Assembly (NCBI GenBank): GCA_028826165.1
Contig: JAPDFW010000107.1
Span: 1 to 64,000 of the forward strand
DNA: 64,000 nucleotides
Source: Anaeramoeba ignava BMAN
Taxonomy: Eukaryota; Protista; Anaeramoebae
Direction of reading: 5' to 3'
The translations under genes and the position numbers were made by a program. Below, piece by piece: positions 50,422-62,619 of this stretch (the first letter of the stretch is position 1; each line of letters starts with the position of its first letter). A model generated the notes under the pieces. That model made no database searches. It saw nothing but the letters and a program-made list of their open reading frames with translations, and had not been told where the DNA came from.

Positions 50422-51540
50422 AATCAATATCAATATAAATATAAATATCAATATCAATGAAAATTTAAATCAAAATCAAAATCAAAATTGAAATCAATAT
50501 CAATATAAATATAAATATCAATATCAATATCAATATCAATATCAATATCAATATCAATATCAATATCAATATCAATATAAATATCAATATCAATATCAAT
50601 ATAAATATCAATATAAATATATCAATATCAATATCAATATAAATATCAATATAAATATAAATATCAATATAAATATCAATATAAATATAAATATAAATAT
50701 CAATATAAATATCAAAATAAAATATCAAAATCAATATCAATATCAATATCAATATCAATATCAATATAAATATAAATATCAATATAAATATCAATATCAA
50801 TATCAAAATAAATATCAATATAAATATAAATATAAATATCAATATCAATATCAATATAAATATCAAAATCAAAATCAATATAAATATCAATATAAATATC
50901 AATATAAATATAAATATCAATATCAATATCAAAATAAATATAAATATCAATATCAAAATAAATATCAAAATAAATATCAAAAATCAATATCAATATCAAT
51001 ATAAATATAAATATCAATATCAAAATAAATATCAATATAAATATCAATATCAATATAAATATCAATATCAATATAAATATCAATATCAATATCAATATCA
51101 ATATCAAAATCAATATCAATATCAATATAAATATCAATATCAATATCAAAAATAAAAATAAATATAAATATAAATAAATATACAATATAAATATAAATAT
51201 AAATATCAATATAAATATAAATACCAATATCAATATCAATATCAATATAAATATCAATATTAATATCAATATCAATATCAATATAAATATCAATATCAAT
51301 ATCAAAATCAATATAAATATAAATATAAATATACAATATAAATATCAATATAAATATCAATATCAATATCAATATCAATATCAATATAAATATCAAAATC
51401 AAAATCAATATCAATATAAATATCAATATCAATATAAATATAAATATAAATATCAATATCAATATCAATATCAATATAAATATCAATATCAATATCAATA
51501 TAAATATCAATATAAATATCAAAATCAAAATCAATAAAAA
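50422..51540. repeat. Mixed (AATATC)/(AATATA)n hexamer satellite
   Basis: About 1.1 kb of interspersed hexamers, nearly G-free on the plus strand. Confidence 0.95.
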
Positions 51541-51616
51541 TAAAAATAAAAATAAAAATTAAAATTAAAATTAAAATTTGTTTCATTTTTCATTTTTCAT
51601 TTTTTTTTTTTTAAAA

Positions 51617-54600
51617 ATGCAAGAACCAAAAAAAGAAAAGAAAAAAAAACCAGATTTCAATTTTCTAATTGAGAATGAAATTGAACAACAAATATTATTA
51701 ACATTCAATTACTTTTCACTTGGACAAGGAGAACTAGGAAGAGCATCATTAAGAAATGTATTTCGAGAACGACCCAAATACGTACTTGGACTTCTTCGAT
51801 ATTTTATAGTTTGCGGACCACCTTCGAATTGGATTCCATCACCATCATTGCCATCAGCAGCGCATTTCGCATGGTTTTGCGCAACGGAATTGTTTGAATT
51901 GATGAGCGTTTTTGAAAAAACAAAAGGAAATCTTGACAGGATTGAAGAAGAGTTCCGCAACCAAGACAACGAGTTTGTCAGCATTTCAGAGAGCGATCAA
52001 CAACAAGATCTTGTGAATGTTCACGACACAAATCTTGTCGAGAAATATTTGCCACCCTTGATTGCCAAACAGCGCGAGTTCGAGCTTCTTTTGTTCACTT
52101 GTTCGCGACGGAATGCGGAATATTATGTCAAAGACTCAGCAAAAATCATCAACCAGGAAAACACAGACGCAAAGAGACAAGATGTACCGCAGAAAACGTC
52201 AGTTGTGCTGATGGAAAATAATCTTCTCTCTGATGAGTGCTGTTCTGATTTGCAGAATATTTGGATGAACTTGCATTCACTTTCAGAAGATGACAATTCA
52301 AACATTCAGAAAAAAATGGATCTTTCGTTTTCAAAAAACACACTCAAAGAGCTAAAGAATCTGTTTCTTTTTCTCAGCGAAGAGGCAGCAGCGTTGTGCT
52401 CGCATTTCGTTATTGAAGAGAAGGACCAAGTTTATGCGACAAAGATTGAGAAAAGCATTCAAGAAGTTATTATTGAATCAATTCAGGATTGTGTCAATCA
52501 AAACAACTTTGTAAAGGCTTGCTCGATCCTGCGCTTTGTTAACATCAAGGACGAGCAAGTGGGTCAAGCACTCGACAATGCGTTCCGTGTTTTGGTTGTT
52601 AAGATCAACGAAAAGGAGCAGAATGAAATGAAGGAAATCCAAAAATCTAATGAAAAACCCCCAATTCTCTCCGAACTCAAGTCACACCAGATCAAAAGCA
52701 GAGTCTATGAGGCCTTACTCTCCCTGAAGAATCTTGATCTTATCAAGAAATACAGCAGCTTTGAAGACGAAGAATTGCGCAAAAAGGTCAAAAGTGAACT
52801 TGTAACTGATTCTTTTAAACAATTATCATTTTTTTTAAAACAAGAAAAAGGTGAAAAAAATTTTTTTAAAAAAAAAAAGAATCCTTTTAAGAAACTTATA
52901 GTTTAATATCAACCAATTAATTTCTACTGATGTAGTTTTGCCAAGCGACGAGAAATACGCGAAGGAATTATCTCAATTTTGGAGACAATTTTTTACCGAA
53001 CTTCGAGTTAGTCAAGAACATTGTTTGGAATTTGTTCTTGAGAGAGGACTGAAGCTCCTATCTGCGCAGAGATTTGACGACGTCGAGATACTAATGAAAC
53101 CATTTGTCAGGCTTAGACCTCTTTTACTTATTCTTGGATGGAGCAATTTTGACAACAATGTCGAGCCTTTGCAGAAAATGTTTGACAAATTATGGCACGG
53201 ATTTGAAGACATGTGCGCAGACCCTTTTATCAAGCAAATTTGTCTCACAATGGATTATGAAGTGCAGTTTTCTCTTTTTGCTGCACAAAAGTATCTGGAA
53301 TTGAAGGAGTTTCCTGTCAATTTCCCAAAGTTACAACAACAGAAAATTTTCGAGTCTCAAGAAAATCAAAACATGAAAAAGGAAAATATAAATGCGCTCG
53401 CTAGTTTTATTCTTAAGATGATGGAGACCCATTCTCTTTTGTTTGTTTTGGAGCCTATTTTGCCAGTTCTTAACGAGGATGAGGTCATCGAGCGCATCAA
53501 TTCCAAGCAAATTCTCGATATTGTTGATGGAGATCAAATGCATGATTTCCCAAATCTTTCTCATATTGAAAAGCAAAGAGACTATCTCTTGATAAGAGGA
53601 TACTATGCTATCCGTGCTGTTCTTAATTTGTTTGAAATCAAAGCAAAATCCGCATTTGTTTCTGTTGATCAAGCTTCACAATCAACAGCAAAATTGCAAG
53701 TTCATCTCGACTCAATTTATTCACAAAACAAAGAGCATTTTGTGCGGATTATCGAGATTATATTTGCTGCTTTGTTCATCAAAAAAAACCATTTCAATCA
53801 ATTCAACCAAGATTTGTCTAATATTCAGAATATTGAAAATTTATCCAAAAATCAAAGTGTTGAAATTTTATCCAAAACTCAAAATATCGAAAAGGAAACT
53901 GATCCATCAAAACAAAAATCTTCCCAGAAATTCGAAGATTTCTCAAAATTCATTTCTTCTTCGTTCAGTTTTTCGTTACTTCCCACTTTTTGGAGGGAAG
54001 ATGAACAAGAACAAAGCGATAAAGATATTCATAAACATATTGAAAATGAAGGCGAGCAATTTGTTGCTGATTCCTTCTTGACAAAAACAATCCTCAAAGT
54101 TCTTGAGCAAAACATATCCAAACTCGAAGAAATTGAGGCAAAAACAAACCAAACAGAGCAAACCAAACAGGAAGATTTCCCGACAAATTTCAAAACAAGA
54201 ATCGAGATTTTGCTGAAGTTCATTCGCGAGGGAAATTGGAGATACAAAGTTGTCACATCATTCAAGCATTTTGAATATTTAACAATTGAAAAAACAGAAG
54301 AGACAACAAACGATAATGAAAATCAGAAAACAAGAACAGAAAAAGAATTGGCGCAACAAGGCGGTCCTAAAGAGTTTATGGCTCTATTTTTGGCATCGCC
54401 AGAATCCCTTCTTAATATATCTCTGCGAGAGACCCAATATCCGCTTAGCAAAGAAATTTATAACTACTACAAAATGCCTGAAGAATTTATAAAACTTGTT
54501 GAATCAATGGAAATTATTGATGAAATTAACAGTCTGCCAAGTAATGAGCAGACTGAAGAGAAAACATGGGAATATGTGAAGAAAATGGACGAGATTTTGC

Positions 54601-57600
54601 GGAAAAACACAAACCAACAAGAAACCAATTTGGATCGTTTTGTGAGAGATGAAGAAAGCTTTGAAATTTTCAGCGATATTGCAATTTCATCATCAAAAAG
54701 CGCGAAAGTATCATCAGCACTTTTAAGTCAAGCAAAGGAGTATCTAGAAAATGTACCGCAAACAGGACTTGAAAGTCTGAAGGGTTTGCCGCCGCAGATG
54801 GTGGGGAGTATAATGGAGTCTATGAAGCGGATGATCGGGCGATATGAAGTTTTACAAAAACACTTTCCAAATGATCCGCTTCAGGATATTTTATCTTCAC
54901 TTGTTGAATCACTTCCGCCAACAACAGATACTTTGGAGAAGTATCTTCTCAGAAGATCTGCACAACAGAAGGCGTTTGGACAACTTGTAGAGAAGGTGAG
55001 GGAGCATGAAGACGCAGTAGATAAAGAAAAGGTTGAAGATGTTGAAAGTGTATTACGTGAAGTATCAAAAGCTTTTCGGGATGAAAATTCAGAAAATCAA
55101 AATTTAGAAAATTCAGAAAATCAAAAAATAGAAAATTTAGAAAATCAAAAAATAGAAAATTCAGAAAATTTACAAAATCAAAATAATTATCTTGCAAGAT
55201 TTGTTGATTACATACTAATGGTCGGTGACGCCCTGAAAAATACACAACTTCAAACTCAAAATTACTTGACTATCCTCCAGCAATCAATAGAAATGATTCT
55301 TCTTAGACTCGCTTACCAATGCCAGGAATATTCTAAAGCAGAAAAACTCGCAAATTCAATAGGAATTGATCTTGTAAGCGTGATAATTGAGAAGATCAAC
55401 TCTCAACCCGAATATGAGAAGAAAGAGGAGAAAAAAGTAGTCTCAACATTTGTCGAACCGACACAATTAGATTCAGAGAAAAAATCAATATTTTCCTCTT
55501 TTCCGTTAACATTGAAAATTGTTTCATTTATCGGCGAAAAAAATCCACTTTTAGCAACTCTTTCGTGTTTATTTCTTGCACCAAAACTCGAAAACACCAA
55601 CGAATTCTTGGATTATGCGCTAACAAACAGCGCAGATTTCCCAAGTTTGAATCGATGGGTTCAACAAAGAAAACAAGCTTATGAAACATTTACGCATGTG
55701 TATCTCGAAGAGAATAAACAGGATATCGAGCAAGAAGAGTTTGATCAAGTGAGCGATTGGGTGTATTCAAACAACCCACAAGATGTTGAACAATTTTATT
55801 CAAAAAGTGTTGAGCGTTTGAGCTCAATGGGGAAGTATGAAGAAGCCATTGAGATTGCGGATGAGAATCTCGAAGAGGGAGCGCCTGATCATCTTCTTGA
55901 AGAGTTTATCAAAATCACAAATGATGAGGACAGGCGTTGGGAATGTATTGTTAGGATCAAGGATATTGCCAAAACGACCCATCTTGTTTTCCGTTATTTA
56001 CCAAATTGGGATCTTGAAAAATGTTTGGATTCGTTGATTCTTTGTCGTGGGAGATTATCTCATCAAGATATGCAATATGAATCTGTACAAAAACGTTATG
56101 CAGAGATGTGTTTATATCGGGATATACTTGGGTTTGTGAAGAATAAGAAGGAAAAAATGGAGAAGAACAAGAACAATGAAAATTTAAATGAAAATTTAGA
56201 AAATGAAAATTTAGATGAAAATTTAGAAAATGAAAATGAAAATTTAGAAAATAAAAAATTACCTACAAATTCTCCTGCATTCGCTTCATGGCAAACTCTC
56301 GAAAATGCTTCAACTCATAATCTTCCACAAGTTATCGCAGACTTGGTCGCAATGCAAGCTTTTTCTCTTGCAAGAAGAGTTTACCAAATGTTTCATACTG
56401 TTCTTGATTCGCAAGAAAAAAGCCAAAGCCTTGAAAATCATATTGATTTGAGTGATATTTTATACTTGTTGAAAGTGAAGAAGGATCAGAGCAAAGCAAT
56501 CGAACTTTTAATATCACTCAAACAACGAGTGCTTGAAATTTATGGAGAATTGATCCAAAGATTAAGTTCACACGAACACAAACTTTTCATTCTTGAATTT
56601 ATTCTTAATGATTGCGAAGTGGAATTGAAGGGAAGTCTTGAGAATGTCAAAAGTCACGAACTTGGATTGAGAATTTTAATAAATATTCCGCAAAAATTAC
56701 AATCGAGATATGAAACAATTTCCGCAAAACCGTTGATTATGATTGAGAATTTATTGATGGATAGAAGATTTGAAGAAATGAAAACATTGTTTCATAAGAT
56801 CCCGGAATTAAAGCAGCCATGCGAACCACTTTTAAAACGATTCACAGAAAAGGCGATTGATTTTCCGGAAATACATGGAGGAAATCAATCAGGAAGAGAT
56901 AAAGAATAATGAAAATAATAACGAAAATAATAATGAAAAAATTAAATATGAAAATTACGATAACGAATTAAATAACGAACTAAAGAACCAATTCGAAAAT
57001 TATCAACAACAATGGCTAACTGGAGACGACGATGCCGACGAGAAACTCAGACGCGAATTTGCATTTCCAGAAGCACCATCACTCAGTTTGACAAAGGCGT
57101 TTCTTGATCTTTTCCCAAATCCGCAAGTAGCAGGAACAATTTGTCTCGAGATTTGCGACAAACTCTCGACAATTCTAAGCACAGCAAAAGACCACAACGC
57201 ATTTTTAATAACAAACGTACTCGAACAACTTTATCTGTATGCGAAATTCAAGTTCACAGAAGGGGAAGAGGATGTGTCTTTTATGGTATCAAAATGCGAC
57301 ACTTTTTTGAGTCATGTCGAGCTTCTGAAGAAGATTCTAAGCTCGAATGTGAAAATCACAATCAGTTCAATCAGCGATTTCAGCAATGATCAAATTGCAA
57401 AGAAAATCCGCAACGAACTCATCCGCGAAGACTATCTGCAACTTGCGGTTGATGTTGCGACAAAATGCGGAATTGATCCGAATCCTGTCTGGGAAACTTG
57501 GGGATTCGCTCTTCTTAAGCTGGGAAAGTATCCAGACGCAAGAGAGAAATTCAAATACTATTTCGGACCGATGTCTGATCGATCCAATATTTCATTCCAA

Positions 57601-60600
57601 ATGGCGCGACATGAATCCAATTTCGAACAGAAAAAACGGACGCTGGAAAATATCATCAGCATCCTTGAACTCCCTCTTGATATCAACATTGTTCGTCAAC
57701 GCGATAGCAAGGTTTTTTCAGCGCAACTGGAAGATTCACGCAATTTATCTTTTGCGCAGAGAACAAATTCAAACGATGAGCAAAATGAGAACACAAGTAT
57801 TCATTCAGATGACAGCAATATTCAACCAAATACGCAAATTTACGATATCACAAAATATCGTTATGTTGTTCAATCAAAGGTTCTTGGTAAAAATCTCGAT
57901 AAGGATCGTTATGACGAGTGCATTTATTATTTGAAAACATATGGAACTCACAAAGAATTGATTTCATTTATTATTCGACACGGTCTTATTCAAGAGGCAA
58001 TTTCGATCATCATCCGCGATTCTCTCGAATTAGATCTCATCGTGAACGACGTGCTTCAATTCTGCATCCGTCACGGTTGGATTCCGCGCATGAAAAAGGC
58101 CTTCAACGATCTCCAGCAATCGGATCAAGAAGAAAACGATCCAAATAAAAAAAAGGAGATCAAAGACAAAATTAATACTTGTCTTCTTGATATCTGCAAA
58201 TATCTATATCAGCATAAGTACTACAACATTCTATACTCTTTCCAGACCTTCATGCAAGATGATGCCCGCGCCGGTCTCACTCAAATCAAGCTTTTCCAGG
58301 AATCTTCCACTTATGAAAAGAAAAAAGAATATCTTACAAATGCAGAACATCATTTCCGTTCTTTATTAGAAAAATTTGAAAAAAATGAAGTTTCTTTCGA
58401 TCAATCTGAATCCTTCAATAGAAACACTCTTGATTTCCAAATTAATACTATCAAACTCCAACTTCGTCTCCTTAAATTCTGGTTCGAAGATCTTCGTGAG
58501 CCAGAAAGAGAAAATGATTCTTTGTCGTTGTTTTCTAAAAATGATGAAAAGGAAAAAATTGCTGTTCAATTAATTTTGAAAAATAATTTTGATTTGTCTT
58601 ATGAGATTATTCAACTTTATCATCTTCCCACAACTCGGATTTATTCTCAAGCTGTTGAAGAGATGACTCGAAAGAAGGACACAAAGCTTCTCACTGCTAT
58701 TTTGAAGCATATCAAGGTAATTTTTCAATTTAAATAAAATTAAATTCAATATAAAAATTTAAATAAAATTCAATTCAAATTCAAATTAAAATTTAAATAA
58801 AAATTCAATATTCAATTTAATTCAATTCAAATTCAAATTTAATTCAATTCAATATTCAATTCAATTCAATTCAATTTAATATTCAATTCAATTCAATTCA
58901 ATTCAATTCAATTCAATATTCAATTCAATTCAATATTCAATTCAATATTCAATATTCAATTCAAATTCAATTCAATTCATATTCTATTCAATTCAAATTC
59001 AATTAAATTCAATTCAATTCAATTCAAATTAAATATTCAATTCGATTCAATTCAATTATTCAATTCAATTAAAATTCCAATTCCAAAAATTCAATCATTC
59101 AATTCAAAATTCAATTCAATTCAAATTTGAAATTAAAATTCAATTCCAATTCAATTCAATATTCAATTCAAATTCAATTCAATTCCAATTCAATTCAATT
59201 CAAATTCAATTCCAATTCAATTCAATTCAAATTCAAATTCAATTAAATATTCAATTTAATTCAATTCATTAAATTCAATTCAATTCAATTCAATTCAATT
59301 CAATTCCAATTCAATTCAATTCCAATTCAATTCAATTCAATTCAAATTCAATTTAATTCAATTCAATTCGAATTCAAATTAAAATTCAATTTCAATTAAA
59401 TTCAATTCAATTCAATTCCAATTCAAAAATTCAATTCCAATTCAATTAAATATTCAATTCAATTCATTAATTCAATTCAATTCAATTCAATTCAATATTC
59501 AATTCAATTTAAATTCAATTAATATTTAATTCAATTCAAATTAAATTCAATTCAATTTAATTCAATTCAATTAAAATCAAAATTAAATAAAATTCAATAT
59601 TAAAATTCAATTCAATTTAATATTCCAATTCAATTCCAATTCAAATCAATTTCAAGGTAAAATTAAATTCAATTCATTCAATTTCAAATTCCAATTTCAA
59701 TTCAATTAAATTCCAAATTCAATTCAATTCGATTCCAAATTCAAATTCCCAAATTCAAATCCAAAATTTCAATATTCCAATTATTCAATTTCAATTCAAT
59801 ATTCAATTCAATTCAATTCAATTCAATTCAATATTAAATTCAATTCAATTCAAATTCAATTCAATAAAATTAAATTCAATCCAATATTCAATTCAATTCA
59901 ATATTCAATTTCAAATATTCAATTCAAATTTAATTCAAATCAATATTCAATTCAATTCAATTCAATTCAATTTAATTCAATTCAATTCAATTCAATTTAA
60001 TTCAATTCAATTCAATTCAATTCAATAAAATTCAATTGAATATTCAATTCAATTCAATTCAATTCAATAAAATTCAATTCAAATTCAAATTAAAATTCAA
60101 TTCAAATTAAATCAATTCAATTCAATTCGATTCAATTCAATTCAAATTCAATTCAATTTAATTTAATTCAATTCAATTCAAATTTAAATTAAAATTCAAT
60201 TCAATATTCAATTCAATATTCAATTCAATTCAAATTCAATCCAATTCAAATTCAATATTCAATTCAATTTAATTCAATTCAATATTCAATTCAATTCAAT
60301 TCAATATTCAATTCAATTCAATATTAAATTCAAATTCAATTCAATTCAATTTAAAATCGGATAAAAAATTTTTGTTTTAGTTTATAATTAATAATGATGA
60401 ATGGGATACAATTTTAATGAAATGCATTCAAGTGTATCATAATTTCCATCAAGATCCTAAAAAAGCAGAAAAATATATTCAACAACTTAATAGTGCTCAT
60501 AATAAAGTTTTAGCTTATATTATGTGCCAAAAATTAAGGAATGCTTATGTTCTTGCAGCAAAATCTCGAAATGTTGAAGATGTTCAAACAATACTTAATG

Positions 60601-60671
60601 AAGCAGAACAAAAGAATATAAAACCTGTTATCAATTTATGCAAGAAATGGCTTGCTGAAAACAAAAATTAA
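51617..60671 (+). CDS. ZFYVE26: Spastizin/SPG15 (ZFYVE26) homologue lacking a FYVE finger; introns 52851..52935 and 58717..60380; +1 break near 56870
   Basis: N-terminal GQGELGRASL...AWFC. LRREFAFPEAPSLSL and RNELIREDYLQLAVDVATKCGID...VWETWGFALLKLGKYPDAREKF match spastizin C-terminal motifs. The last exon has AYIMCQKLRNAYVLA. Confidence 0.85.
58717..60380 (+). repeat. 1.66-kb spastizin intron of degenerate (AATTC)n
   Basis: AAG|GTAATT donor and TTTTAG acceptor flank a pentamer array. Confidence 0.9.
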
Positions 60672-61043
60672 TTCCATTTTTTTTTAATTTTCAATTTTTT
60701 AATTCCAATTTTAATTTCAATTTTTTAATTTCAAATTCAAAAAAGGAAATTTAGTTTGAATAAAAAAAATAACACAAAGAAAATAATCAAAATTTAATTA
60801 GAATTTGTTTTTTGTTTTTTTGTTTTTTTTTTATTGATTTTTTCTTTGTTTTGTTTGATTTTTGTTAGCGAATCAAACTTCAATTTCATTCTAAAAAAAA
60901 AGAAAGAAAATCAAAAAGAAAATCAAAAAGAAAATCAAAAAGAAAATCAAAAAGAATTGAGAAAGAAAATTCAAAAAGAATTGAGAAAGGAAATTCAAAA
61001 AGAATTAATTGAGAAAAGAAAAGAAAATCTTCTTTCTAATTAA

Positions 61044-62492
61044 TTAATTGTCTTCATTAAAAGGAATGTCAAAAACAAATCTTTTTATCATATCTAATGA
61101 ATTTTCTGGTTGATCCATCTAATAAATTAAAATAAATAAAATTAAAATTTAAATTACAAATCTTATATAAAAAAAATAAAATAAATTATAAAATTACAGG
61201 TCTATTTTTTAAAAAAATAAAAATTAAAAATTAAAAATGAATTAAATTGGATTTAAAATTAAAAAAACTCACGATAAATGACCAGCATTTGCAATCACAG
61301 CAAAAAATAAGTTTTGGTAATTTTGAACAAATCCTGCAACATTTGAATCAACTTTCCAAACAGTTCTATCAGCAGATTTAAATTTGTCAATAAATTCCCA
61401 ATCAAGATTTTGAATCCAATTATAAGAACCAATAGCATTAATAATGAAATCAAATTGACCATTATAAATAAGAACTTTATAACCAGAAGAAAGAAGAGCT
61501 TGAACTTTATAAGCAACACTTTGAGAAACATCAGGATTAAGCTTATTATAGACACTACCATTACACTCTTGCCAATTCATATCAACACCAAAACTATCCT
61601 GGAGTTGTTTTGTATTGAGGAAATCAATAATAGGAGTATCATTATAATCACCATATTTGCGAATATCATATTGATTCACATTTCCTGAAATTGTGACAAC
61701 TTCATCTCCAATTGACCAGAATTCATTAGAAGCATCATTCCATTTACCAGCATTGATATCAACAATACATGCATTTTGAATTGCTTGGACTTCTGCAATT
61801 TCATTGTCTGCAATGATTCCAACGGAATAAGCAAATTCTGCATAAGTTTCAACTTGATTAATAGGATCAGTAAGACCATCTCCAACTCCAAGACCTTTTA
61901 AATGAAGTTTATTACCTTCATTCATGATTTTATAAGAAATTGAAGGTACATATTTTCCTCCATAACTTTCACCAAACACATAGAGATCTTGAGTTGAATA
62001 ATCAAGATATTTTTGGAAAAAAACCAGAAGAGCAGTGTAGAGGTCGTTGGCGATTTCTTCTTCATTAGTTACAAACCCTGCATTATTATTAACATAACTG
62101 AAACCTGTACCAACTGGACTATCTATATAAAGCATGTGTAATTTTGTATTCCATGTGAATGTGTTTCTGTAAAGACTTCCATTACTATGAACAAAAACTG
62201 GTCCATTTTCTTCCATTAATCCAATCATTGATGAACATCCTGGTCCTCCTTGTAACCATATTCCTACTGGATCATCTTGTTTATCTTGTGATGGAAAAAA
62301 TGCATAAAATATATTCGATCCATATGTTGTATTTACTGTTATGTATCCTGTATAACAATCAAGTCCATCAAGTGTTGTTTTTGTTTGTGTTAAAACTTCT
62401 TCTGGTGTTAAATTGTTAATTATTACTTTAGGATGACTTGTTACTAATGTTATTAAAATTGTTAAAGTTATTAAAATCAATTTAATTTTCAT
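61044..62492 (-). CDS. Serine carboxypeptidase S10 (CPVL-like) with signal peptide; exons 62492-61273, 61201-61198 (4 nt), 61118-61044
   Basis: WLQGGPGCSS, IDSPVGTGFSY, GESYGG, YNGQFDFI motifs, and spliced AGHLSPMDQP. Confidence 0.93.
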
Positions 62493-62619
62493 TTTGTTTT
62501 TTTTGTTTTAAAAAAAATTTTTTTTTTCTTATTTAAAAAATCAAAAAAAATCAAAAAATTAAAAAAAAAAATGAAAATTAAAAATTTAAAAAAAAATTTT
62601 TTTTCTTTTTCTTTTTCTT

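Noticed and set aside
9430-51586. Low-complexity ORFs such as ILILIL, KIKIK, NFNFNF, YLYLYL and DIDID in the ORF track
   Set aside because: They are alternative-frame or antisense readings of microsatellites and of N/Q/E-coding tracts.
780-56910. Programmed ribosomal frameshifting or pseudogenisation to explain frame breaks (~790/850, ~5400, ~11438, ~11545, ~20915, ~32665, ~35480, ~35720, ~37020, ~46230, ~56870)
   Set aside because: Nearly all lie in A/T homopolymers or short repeats, have mixed signs, share no slippery-site/stop motif, and flank otherwise conserved genes. Long-read indel errors are the simplest explanation; short-read polishing would decide.
57141-58148. Overlapping alternative-frame ORFs within spastizin (e.g. 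57386..57934)
   Set aside because: Expected by-product of locally higher GC; no recognisable motifs.
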